From the NCBI RefSeq assembly GCF_046119375.1, contig NW_027362767.1, positions 434,868,001 through 434,932,000 on the forward strand: a DNA stretch of 64,000 bases. Reading direction: 5' to 3'. The notes under the pieces are model-generated. The model was not told the origin of the DNA. It searched no databases and saw only the letters and a program-made list of their open reading frames with translations. This document shows, in pieces, positions 24,101-34,180 of this stretch (positions are counted from its first letter, which is position 1; each line of letters opens with the position of its first letter). The position numbers were made by a program, and so were the translations under genes. This DNA is from Phyllobates terribilis. Its lineage: Eukaryota.

Positions 24101-25841
24101 TGTGATTCCAGAGGGAAGTTATTCTTAGAATATGTGGCGGTTTGGAGAATGCAATCTATATCGACCGTAGAACCCATTGATTTGGGGTGAGCTTCTGCCA
24201 CTGGGAGAGGAACCCGGAGATCCGACCCCCTACTTTTTCGGCATCATTGTGTTTCCTGATGTTGATCCTGGGAGAGTAAGATGTTCCTGCCTCTACCTCC
24301 CTGGGGATCGCTCCAGCGTCCGGTTTTCCCTTTTCCCCTATATGAAGGGGGGCTGACTGTTAGGCACGAAAGGACCGTTTTTTGGCCACCTTGGGACCTG
24401 GCCGCGTTTTCTTCTTATCCAATGCTTTCTCCAGTAATTCATCTATTACATGTACTCCCCTTTGAAGGTAATAGAGCAGAGCTTAATTTTGGAAGCTATA
24501 TTCAGTTGAGTTCGACAAGATTGAAGATCTGACCGCTGTTCTTACTGATTCTGCGGGAGCGTCAGCTAAGAATCCTGGGGTCTTTTGCAGGAGAGGTATG
24601 GATCCCAATAGCTCTTCTCTTGAGGTTCCTATGTTGAGATGTTCTGCCAGCTGGTTCAACTATCGGAACATGGATCTTGCTTTACAAGTATATATATATA
24701 TACATTTGCGTTTAACAGTGCTGATGATGTCTCCCAGGATTTCTTTAGGAGGCTGTCCATTTTGCGATCCATTGGGTCTCTTCGTTGTGAGGAGTCTTCA
24801 AATGGCAATGTTGTCTTTTTTGCCACTTTAGCTATTCGAATATTTACCTTCATTATTTCTGACCAACATTTAGATATTTTTTTTCCTGTAGCAGGAACCT
24901 CACCTTCAGTTCACTTTTCTAGAAGCTGCCACTTGTCAAATATCAGACTTTGTATGTTCTCGCGATGGGAATACCATTTTCTTTTGTGTCCTGAGACCCC
25001 CAAACATTTCATCTTGGACAGTGTGGGTAGTTTCCTCCACATTCATGGTGGTTCGCACTGCTGTGAGAAGTTTTTCCATGTCCTCTGACCAAAAATATTT
25101 TTTATTTCCATGGGTCTGATCTGTACCTATTGTTGACGCGCCTTCTTCCCACCACTCGCTAGTGAAGGATCTCTGATCTTCCTGCGAGTCTCGAGTCAGA
25201 TTGCTCATCCGTACATATTTTCCTCTTTTTGCCCCTGATGGGGTTACCGAAAACCACTGGGAAAACGAAGCTAGGGCCGACTGGACCTCCTGGCAGACCA
25301 TTCCTCTTAGCTCTTCTATTAAAGAGGGCTTTTGTTCTTTGAGGATTTTGTCTGTGCAACTTTGACTTTATGGGAAGATGATAGTTTTTTGCAGGAGATG
25401 GCACATTTATAGGACATCTTGTCTTTGCTTTTTGGAGCAGGATCCTGGTCTCCCTGAAAGAGAAGGGAGTCGATAAATATAAATTCCTTTAAAAATCCTG
25501 CTCCAAAGATAAAGAGGCCTACCAATGCCAGGTACTTACTGGGTTCTGCAGATGCAGAGCAGGAAGAATTACCACCCTCCATCATAGAAAGGTCCTACGT
25601 TATAGCGCCTTCAGTCCAGGCTCCTTTTATCCAGGTGCCGGGACTCCAGAGCAGCATCTTATTGGATGATCCTCCCCCTCTTTGGCCTCAGCAAGTGCAG
25701 GCAAGTTCCTGCAGGTGATCTTTATTAATCCAATTCCTAAACTCCACGTGCACGCTCAAACACAAACACCTCTGTGTTTCCTGTCCCTATTACGGCAGGG
25801 AGAATCTCCTGTGATGCTGTTGTGGAGGGTGACTAGACAAA
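21146..25841 (-). mobile_element. DIRS1-type tyrosine-recombinase retrotransposon, complete layout, ORFs degenerate
   Basis: Minus-strand fragments in the order gag-like (25301-24656), RT (ATIDLWDAYYRIP; YLND at about 23650), RNase H-like (about 23400-22970), methyltransferase-like (AFPP) and tyrosine recombinase (AHSTRAVSVSWA, TWSSVHTFSKHF). Inverted terminal repeats at about 21146-21240 and 25769-25841, and an internal complementary region at 21376-21457. Confidence 0.88.
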
Positions 25842-26081
25842 AGAGCATTAATCAATGTGTTCTTGCTGATTGTACCAAGTAAACGGATGCTCAAAGACTT
25901 GCGTCCATATTGCCATCAGTTTTTAACACAGATGAATACGGTGACAGACCTGTCAACCACATCTTTTTTTTTTTTTTGCACCAAATAAAAGTCCGGTTTC
26001 TTCCCGGGGCAGCGTGAGAAAACTGCCCCATCTGATTGACTACTGGAGTGACGTCCCATTTCTTTTGCATCATTTTTTATA

Positions 26082-28533
26082 CACTGCTCAAAAAAATAAA
26101 GGGAACAGTGAAATAACCCATCCTAGATCTGAATGAATGAAATATTCTCATTGAATACTTTGTTCTGTACAAAGTTGAATGTGCTGACAACAAAATCGCA
26201 CAAAAATGATCAATGGAAATCACATTTATTAACCAATGGAGGCCTGGATTTGGAGTCACCCCCAAAATTAAAGTGGAAAAACACACTACAGGTTGATCCA
26301 ACTTTGATGTAATGTCCTTAAAGCAAGTCAAAATGAGTCTCAGTATTGTGTGTGGCCTCCCACGTGCCTGTATGACCTCCCTACAACGCCTGGGCATGCT
26401 CCTGATGAGGCTCAGTATTGTGTGTGGCCTCCACGTGCCTGTATGACCTCCCTACAACGCCTGGACATGCTCCTGATGAGGCTGAGTATTGTGTGTGGCC
26501 TCCACGTGCCTGTATGACCTCCCTACAACACCTGGGCATGCTCCTGATGAGGCTGAATATTGTGTGTGGCCTCCACATGCCTGTATGACCTCCCTACAAT
26601 GCCTGGGCATGCTCCTGATGAGGCTGAGTATTGTGTGGCCTCCACGTGCCTGTATGACCTCCCTACAACACCTGGGCATGCTCCTGATGAGGCTGAGCAT
26701 TGTGTGTGGCCTCCACGTGCCTGTATGACCTCCCTACAACATCTGGGCATGCTCCTGATGAGGCTGAGCATTGTGTGTGGCCTCCACGTGCCTGTATGAC
26801 CTCCCTACAACGCCTGGGCATGCTCCTGATGAGGCTGAGTATTGTGTGTGGCCTCCACGTGCCTGTATGACCTCCCTACAACGCCTGGACATGCTCCTGA
26901 TGAGGCTGAGGATTGTGTGTGGCCTCCACGTGCCTGTATGACCTCCCTACAACATCTGGGCATGCTCCTGATGAGGCTGAGCATTGTGTGTGGCCTCCAC
27001 GTGCCTGTATGACCTCCCTACAACGCCTGGGCATGCTCCTGATGAGGCTGAGTATTGTGTGTGCCCTCCACGTGCCTGTATGACCTCCCTACAATGCCTG
27101 GGCATGCTCCTGATGAGTCTCAGTATTGTGTGTGGCCTCCACGTGCCTGTATGACCTCCCTACAATGCCTGGGCATGCTCCTGATGAGGCTGAGTATTGT
27201 GTGTGGCCTCCACGTGCCTGTATGACCTCCCTACAACACCTGGGCATGCTCCTGATGAGGCTGAGTATTGTCTGTGGCCTCCACGTGCCTGTATGACCTC
27301 CCTACAACGCCTGGGCATGCTCCTGATGAGGTTGCGGATGGTCTCCTGTGGGATCTCCTCCCAGACCTGGACTAAAGCATCCGCCAACTCCTGGACAGTC
27401 TGTGCTGCAATGTGACGTTGGTGGATGGAGCGAGACATGATGTCCCAGATGTGCTCAATCGGATTCAGGTCTGAGGAACGGGCGGCCAGTCCATAGCTTC
27501 AATGCCTTCATCTTGCAGGAACTGCTGACACACTCCAGCCACATGAGGTCTGGCATTGTCCTGCATTAGGAGGAACCCAGGGCCAACCGCACCAGCATAT
27601 GGTCTCACAAGGGGTCTGAGGATCTCATCTCGGTACCTAATGGCAGTCAGGCTACCTCTGGAGAGCACATGGAGGGCTGTGCGGCCCTCCAAAGAAATGC
27701 CACCCCACACCATTACTGACCCACTGCCAAACCGGTCATGCTGAAGGATGTTGCAGGCAGCAGATCGTTCTCCACGGCGTCTCCATACTCTGTCACGTCT
27801 GTCACATGTGCTCAGTGTGAACCTGCTTTCATCTGTTTAGAGCACAGGGTGCCAGTGGAGACTTTGCCAATCCTGGTGTTCTGTGGCAAATGCCAAGCGT
27901 CCTGCAATGTGTTGGGCTGTGAGCACAACCCCCATCTGCAGACATCGGGCCCTCATACCACCCTCATGGAGTCAGTTTCTAACCGTTTGTGCAGACACAT
28001 GCCCACTTGTGGCCTGCTGGAGGTCATTTTGCAGGACTCTGGCAGTGCTCCTCCTGTTCCTCCTTGCACAAAGGCGGAGGTAGCGGTCCTGCTTCTGGGT
28101 TGTTGCCCTCCTACAGCCCCCTCCACGTCTCCTGGTAGCACCTCCAGCCTCTGGACACTATACTGACAGACACAGCAAGCCTTCTTGCCACAGCTCACAT
28201 TGATGGGCCATCCTGGATGAGCTGCACTACCTGCGCAACTTCTGTGGGTTGTAGAGTCCGTCGCATGCTACCACGAGTGTGAAAGCACAACCAACATTCA
28301 AAAGTGACCAAAACATTAGCCAGAAAGCATTGGTACTGAGATGTGGTCTGTGGTTCCCACCTGCAGAACCACTCCTTTATTGAGGGGGTCTTGATAATTG
28401 CCAATAATTTCCATCTATTCCATTTGCACAACAGCATGTGAAATTGATGGTGAGTGTTGCTTCCTAAGTGGATAGGTAGATTTACTTGGAGTTATATTCT
28501 GTTTAAGTGTTCCCGTTATTTTTTTGAGCAGTG
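26082..28533 (-). mobile_element. Tc1-like element (DD34E spacing across a frameshift), decayed, with an internal tandem expansion
   Basis: TA|CACTGCTCAAAAAAATAAAGGGAAC...GTTCCCGTTATTTTTTTGAGCAGTG|TA. Transposase fragments MVWGGIS...LMQDNARPH and WEEIPQETIRNLIRSMPRRCREVI. Confidence 0.9.
26338..27331. repeat. 71-bp tandem repeat (about 14 copies) derived from the 3' end of the transposase
   Basis: Unit CTGAGTATTGTGTGTGGCCTCCACGTGCCTGTATGACCTCCCTACAACGCCTGGGCATGCTCCTGATGAGG, which translates on the minus strand as LIRSMPRRCREVIQARGGHTQY. Confidence 0.93.
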
Positions 28534-29359
28534 TACATTGAACAGACTGACTCCCAAACTTTACTCCTGAGCAGAGGATGGCGCTACAACACCTTATATA
28601 GCCAGAGAGGGTGGGAGTGATGAGAGCGTGAGCTCCTAGGGCCAGATAGGAGGGAAATGACCATTGTATCTGAGATCAAAGCTGTGTTACTGAGAAGCTA
28701 CACAATACAAACAATTATGTGATATTTTTTTTGTCTTTACTTCATTGAGCACTACGTTCCCATCATCCGTTCAGTCACTCACAATGTTTGGATGTTGGGA
28801 GTTATCACTAGTAACAGACTCCATATTACACATATCTTGTACAGTGCTTGATCAGCAGCAACAGCATCCCCAGCTCTGCACCCTGCCGCAGGACAGTAAT
28901 CAGTCACGTGGACCCCATAGAGCGGTCCTAGAGAGGAGGCCACAACCTCCGCACCACACTGCAGCCTCCGCCCTAATTATTCTACAAAAAAGTCAATTTG
29001 GTCCCAAAATACAAAAAAAAAAAAAATATTATATATATATCTATATCTATATATATATCACAAACGTTCCCAAAATAAAGTTACAGACACACGAGTCCCC
29101 AAACAACGTATAAAATAGTGCGGAACCTGGGAAACGGCTCCATGCAGCATGGCGGACACAGGAAGGAGCCGCTGGCAGATAATTACATCATCGTGATTGG
29201 AGGTAAAGGAGGCAGCGCTGGGCCCTGATTGCAGGAGAACGAACCCGATTGCCCCAAAGATGCAGCATAAGTTAAAATTCACGTAAAAAAAAATAATATA
29301 ATATAAAAAAATAAAACTGCCCTCGACCTAAACAAGTCCAGAGGTCCCCGCTCTCAGCC

Positions 29360-29576
29360 TCACATGGTAGACTCCTTCTCTGAAGGGCTATACCCGTCCA
29401 CCACCACGCATGCGTCCTTCAGGAGGGGGTTGCCTTCTGTTTGATCCTCCACCACTCGTACCGATGTTAGGGCCACATCGTCACCACTGGTTTTTGCTGT
29501 CCGGTCGCTATAAACCTGGAGAAGGCCAGCACCAAACGCATCTCCCTCTACATTCAGAATGGTACAAGTGCGGTCA
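29360..29576 (-). CDS. SLC1A5: ASCT2 exon 8 (last)
   Basis: ccag|TGACCGC...; encodes DRTCTILNVEGDAFGAGLLQ...EGNPLLK...SEKESTM* (human ends SEKESVM). Confidence 0.93.
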
Positions 29577-30387
29577 CTGGGGGAAGGAAACAAAAATGGA
29601 GTTAGTATAATGGCGGCCAAAGCGAGGGAACAAATCAGAGCGCTCTCAGAGACCCATCCCTGCACACTTTACATTACTGATTCATAATACTCCAGAGCTG
29701 AACTCCCTCTGCTGCAGGTTGATGATAGAAAACAGTTTGTGGACAAGTAGCAGCTAAGGGGCAGGCAAGGCCCACTATGGACCAAGCTTTATACAGTCAT
29801 CTGAAAACTTGATCAGAACCTCCTGATCCACGTCTGACCCTGGCTATACATCACATTCCCTCCTAACACCAACAGAGAAGATCTGATGGCATTTACCCTT
29901 GTCTACTTAGAAAACTTAGATCAGAACCAGCCATATCCAAAACATTGTCACATTCAGACCAGACTTGTGTTGAGGTCCTGGGACCATCAGCGAGCGGTGC
30001 TGAACTCTACAGATCTCTCATTACAGGTCTGCGTTGTGGATACTGGATGTGTCTGGAGTTATGTATTTACCCTATTTTTACTTTGTCTTTGCGCTCTGAA
30101 GACACGCAATGTGAGATCTTAACTGCAGAATAGCGAGTGCAGCTCTGAAGTATCATACATAGTCACAATACAGCTTTGGCCCAGGTGACTAAGGCACTTT
30201 AAAGAATTATTTCCACCCATTTTTACATTTCGACTTGTGGCCGGTGTTGACTAATCATGTGGATTATTTTCCGCCTGTGTCAGGTTACAGCAGCCGCTCC
30301 CGCAGCCGCCCTCGTCACATCAGAACTCGGCCCTCAGCTACAAACCAGTTATCAAAAACACTGTAGAAACCAAAGGCCGATACTTAC

Positions 30388-30522
30388 ACCAACCAGTCCA
30401 CAGCCAGGATGAGGGAGATGTCATTAGTGGGCAGCCCCACCGCCTCGAGAATGATGGCGAGTGTCAGCACACCGCCCGCCGGGATACCCGCAGCCCCCAC
30501 ACTGGACGCAGTGGCCGTGACC
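30388..30522 (-). CDS. SLC1A5: ASCT2 exon 7
   Basis: 135 nt, AG/GT-flanked; encodes [45 protein letters not shown] (HP2). Confidence 0.95.
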
Positions 30523-30605
30523 CTGAGAGAAAGCGAAGAGGAAAGGTCAGAGCCTGATATATGGTCCCTGATCAGGAGAGACGCCGCTGCGGGCACCGCA
30601 CTCAC

Positions 30606-30800
30606 AGGATGGTGATGATCTGGATGAAGTCCAGGGGGTGAGTGTTCAGCTGCGCAATGAAGACGGCCGCCACACACTGGAACAACGCCGCGCCGTCCAT
30701 GTTAACTGTGGCACCGATCGGGAGGATGAATCTGCTGATTTGTTTAGAAACGCCATTGTTTTCTTCTACACATTTCATCATCAGAGGGAGAGTGGCCGAA
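30606..30800 (-). CDS. SLC1A5: ASCT2 exon 6
   Basis: 195 nt; encodes [41 protein letters not shown] (NMDG motif). Confidence 0.95.
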
Positions 30801-30859
30801 CTAAAGGAAGAGCAGAAGAATTAACACTACAGCTCCCACAGCACTACATCAGGATAAAA

Positions 30860-31305
30860 CTCCAGAGCTGTACTCACTATTCTGCTGGTGCAGTCACTGT
30901 GTACATACATTACTGATCCTGAGTTACATCCTGTATTATACCCCAGAGCTGCACTCACTATTCTGCTGGTGCAGTCACTGTGTACATACATTACATTACT
31001 GATCCTGAGTTACATCCTGTATTATACCCCAGAGCTGCACTCCCTATTCTGCTGGCGCAGTCACAGTGTACATACATTACTGATCCTGAGTTACATCCTG
31101 TATTATACCCCAGAGCTGCACTCACTATTCTGCTGGTGCAGTCACTGTGTACATACATTACTGATCCTGAGTTACATCCTGTATTATACTCCACAACTGC
31201 ACTCACTATTCTGCTGGTGCAGTCACTGTGTACATACATTACATTACTGATCCCGAGTTACATCCTGTATTATACTCCAGAGCTGCATTCACTATTCTGC
31301 TGTGT
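30860..31305. repeat. 81/86-bp tandem repeat (about 5 copies) in SLC1A5 intron 5
   Basis: Unit ACTGATCCTGAGTTACATCCTGTATTATACCCCAGAGCTGCACTCACTATTCTGCTGGTGCAGTCACTGTGTACATACATT. Confidence 0.9.
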
Positions 31306-31342
31306 ACACACACACACATCACTACCCCCTTGACAATCTCAC

Positions 31343-31576
31343 CTAGAAGATGTCCCAAACGCTGTGGCCAGAGCAGTGATGATGCCCCAGAGAAAGCGGT
31401 ACGGGTTCTTCCGGGTGAAGGCGAAGTAGATGAGTGGCAGGACGATGAGGCCGTGGATGGCGTGGCCCACGAGGCAGCAGCAGATGTACTTGCCCAGGCT
31501 GGTGAACAGCTGCACCACATCTTCCATCTCCACGATCTTTCCAGCCACTAGGAACATGATACCGAGCGGCGCGTAC
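31343..31576 (-). CDS. SLC1A5: ASCT2 exon 5
   Basis: 234 nt; encodes [20 protein letters not shown]...[22 protein letters not shown]. Confidence 0.95.
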   Translation of the reverse strand, partial: VRAARYHVPSGWKDRGDGRCGAAVHQPGQVHLLLPRGPRHPRPHRPATHLLRLHPEEPVPLSLGHHHCSGHSVWDIF

Positions 31577-31648
31577 CTGGGAAGCGGACAGACCATTAGC
31601 GGGCGGAGGTGGCTCTGCCTGATCAGCTGCCACATCTGCGGCACCTAC

Positions 31649-31815
31649 CACATGATCCAGGTCACCAGCACCATCGTGGCTTCATTGAAGGAGTTGAAGA
31701 ACTTGATGAGAATCTCTCCCTCTTCCCCCAACTTGCGCAGCGCAACCCCGAAGACTATAGCGAAGACCACCAGGCCAAGGATGTTCATGCCCTCCACCTC
31801 TTTACCATAGGGCAC
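31649..31815 (-). CDS. SLC1A5: ASCT2 exon 4
   Basis: 167 nt; encodes [55 protein letters not shown]. Confidence 0.95.
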
Positions 31816-31886
31816 CTAGAGGGTACAAGCGGTGAGACACAGGCAGTGGGGGGCACGATGGTGGACAGAGGACGATGGCCGCTCAC

Positions 31887-31976
31887 CTGTATCGTACTGT
31901 TCATGTCTGCGGCCTCGGACACGTTTCCTTCTAGGCGGGAACCATTGAGGTACTCCCAGTTATAGGAGGTGGAGTA
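31887..31976 (-). CDS. SLC1A5: ASCT2 exon 3 (extracellular loop)
   Basis: tgcag|TAC...CAG|gtgag, 90 nt; encodes YSTSYNWEYLNGSRLEGNVSEAADMNSTIQ. Confidence 0.9.
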
Positions 31977-32079
31977 CTGCAAGAGAAGCACACAGGTCAC
32001 AGCGCTGCCACCCGGGAGGAGCCCACCGCAGCCGCCACTACAGCCCACCCACAGCTCGGGGGTGCCGCAACAAACTCAC

Positions 32080-32122
32080 CGACTGGAAGGCGGCCGACAC
32101 CAAGTTCGAAGGGAAGATGTTT
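32080..32122 (-). CDS. SLC1A5: ASCT2 exon 2
   Basis: 43 nt; encodes NIFPSNLVSAAFQS; canonical splice sites and compatible phases. Confidence 0.93.
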
Positions 32123-32330
32123 CTGTGGAGAGAAGACGAACATCAGACAAGGAAGAGACATCCGGCAACCACAGCTGCCTGCACGCAACAGCTGTCAGGA
32201 CGAGGAGGCAGCGACATGTACAGTCCACCTCTGGCCCCCCCAGACATCTCCACTGGTCTCCATAGCAACCAGACATAACAGCAAGTAATCAGGCAACAAG
32301 AGGCCGGATTCCCGCTCACTGTGGGGGAGG

Positions 32331-32490
32331 CTCTGACGTCAGAGGAGGAACATCCCGGACTCTAAACAGAGACCAGGAGTGACGCACGGAAATAAAGAGC
32401 TGCTGACATCACAAGGGGAGGGAGAGTGATGTCACCAGGGCCACGCCCCCTCCACGTGTCATCACACAATCAATGGTCAACATTGCATCA
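32331..32490. promoter_or_regulatory. Intronic motif cluster (CRE, GC box, E-box, AARE) in SLC1A5 intron 1
   Basis: TGACGTCA at 32334-32341, CCACGCCCC at 32441, CACGTG at 32453-32458, and ATTGCATCA (TGATGCAAT on the minus strand) at 32482-32490. Confidence 0.55.
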
Positions 32491-32699
32491 GCTGAATACA
32501 GAGGATGAGTGAGGGCACACACGTGTAGGGGGAGGGGGCGAGAGCCCCTCATCTAACCAACAACCCAATATCATCTGCACCCCACAATCCACAACTCCCA
32601 TCTGTTACCAACAGAAGATATTCAGTGACCCCCATCCTCTTCATCCGATGTGATAGATGTGACCCCAGCAAATCTCCCCCCAAATCCTCTCCACAGCCT

Positions 32700-33520
32700 C
32701 GCGCCCCCCCCCATTCCCCGGCTCCTCTTCTCCCCCCATTCTCCCCCGGCTCCTCTTCCCCCCCATTCTCCCCCGGCTCCTCTTCTCCCCCCATTCTCCC
32801 CCAGTCCCCCGGCTCCTCTTCTCCCCCCATTCTCCCCCAGTCCCCCGGCTCCTCTTCTACCCCCAGTCCCCCGGCTCCTCTTCTACCCCCAGTCCCCCGG
32901 CTCCTCTTCTACCCCCATTCTCCCCTAGTCCCCCGGCTCCTCTTCTTCCCCCATTTTCCCACAGCTCCTCTCCCCCCCCCCCCCCAGATCCCCTGGCTCC
33001 TCTTCTCCCCCCCCCCCCTCATTCTCCCCCAGATCCCCTGGCTCCTCTTCTCCCCCCCCCCCCTCATTCTCCCCCAGTCCCCCGGCTCCTTTTCTCCCCC
33101 CCTACCTCATTCTCCCGGCTCCTCTTCTTCCCCCATTCTCCCCTGGCTCCTCTTCTCCCCCCCCCCCATTCTCCCCCAGTTCCCCTGGCTCCTCTTCTCC
33201 CCCCCCCCCCGGCTCCTCTTCTTCCCCCATTCTCCCCCCCCCCCCCTCCTCATTCTCCCCCAGTTCCCCTGGCTCCTCTTCTCCCCCCCCCCCCCCCCCT
33301 CATTCTCCCCCAGTCCCCCGGCTCCTCTTCTCCCCCCCCCCCTCATTCTCCCCCAGTCCCCCGGCTCCTCTTCTCCCCCCCTACCTCATTCTCCCCCAGT
33401 CCCCCGGCTCCTCTTCTCCCCCCCTACCTCATTCTCCCCCAGTCCCCCGGCTCCTCTTCTCCCCCCCTACCTCATTCTCCCCCAGTCCCCCGGCTCCTCT
33501 TCTCCCCCAGTCCCCGGCTC
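32700..33520. repeat. C/T-rich degenerate minisatellite in SLC1A5 intron 1
   Basis: Units like CTCCTCTTCTCCCCCCATTCTCCCCCAGTCCCCCGG, beginning about 30 bp from the exon 1 donor. Confidence 0.9.
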
Positions 33521-33550
33521 ATCTGCCTCCCGCCGATCCCCGTAACTCAC

Positions 33551-34041
33551 CGGATGAGGTCCAGGAACGAGTCCACCACCTCCTTCTTCTCCGGGATGTC
33601 GCCCTCCTTCCCGAGCTTGGCCTCGGCGCCGTCCCCGGGTCGGATGAGCAGCGCCAGGCAGACCCCCAGGCCGGAGGCGAGCAGCGTGGTGACCAGGAAG
33701 AAGAGCAGCGCCCAGCCGCCGAGCTTCCCCAGGGCGGAGGGCTGCAGGGAGGCGGCGCCGGACACCAGGCTGCAGACCACCAGCGGCAGGATGATCATCT
33801 TCAGCAGCCGCAGCAGCAGCTCCCCGGGGAACGAGAAGCGGGAGATCTGCGCCGCATCCAGCTCCAGCTGCCGGACCCCCATCCCCAGCGCCGCGCCCGC
33901 CAGCACCCCGGCCACGGTCAGCAGCACCAGGGCATTGCCGCCGAGGAAGCGCCGGGTGCGAGCGCAGCACGTAGAGGAGTCCTTCTGGGGCCGCTGCAGA
34001 CCGGGGGGCACCGGCGGGTCGGCTCCGTTACATTCCTTCAT
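33551..34041 (-). CDS. SLC1A5: Neutral amino acid transporter B(0)/ASCT2, exon 1 (spliced CDS 1572 nt, 523 aa)
   Basis: ATG at 34041; encodes [11 protein letters not shown]...[29 protein letters not shown]...[12 protein letters not shown]; donor CG|gtgag. All 8 exons join in frame, and the position tail-to-tail with FKRP matches human. Confidence 0.95.
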
Positions 34042-34180
34042 GATGCCGGGACACGTGTGTAATAAGCCGGAAATCCACGTGTAAAGCGCACTGCTCGCTG
34101 CGGCTTCTGCACTGAGCCGTAATCAGCCAAGGCCCGCTCTTATACTGAGGGGCGTGGCCTCTGTCAACGCTGACGCAACA
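34042..34180 (-). promoter_or_regulatory. SLC1A5 core promoter and 5' UTR
   Basis: TATAAG at 34144-34139, GC box at 34149-34158, TGACGCAA at 34171-34178, and two CACGTG at 34052 and 34076. Confidence 0.6.

Noticed and set aside
29360-34041. Alternative assignment as SLC1A4 (ASCT1)
   Set aside because: The C-terminus SEKESTM, the EGNPLLK motif and the linkage to FKRP all favour SLC1A5
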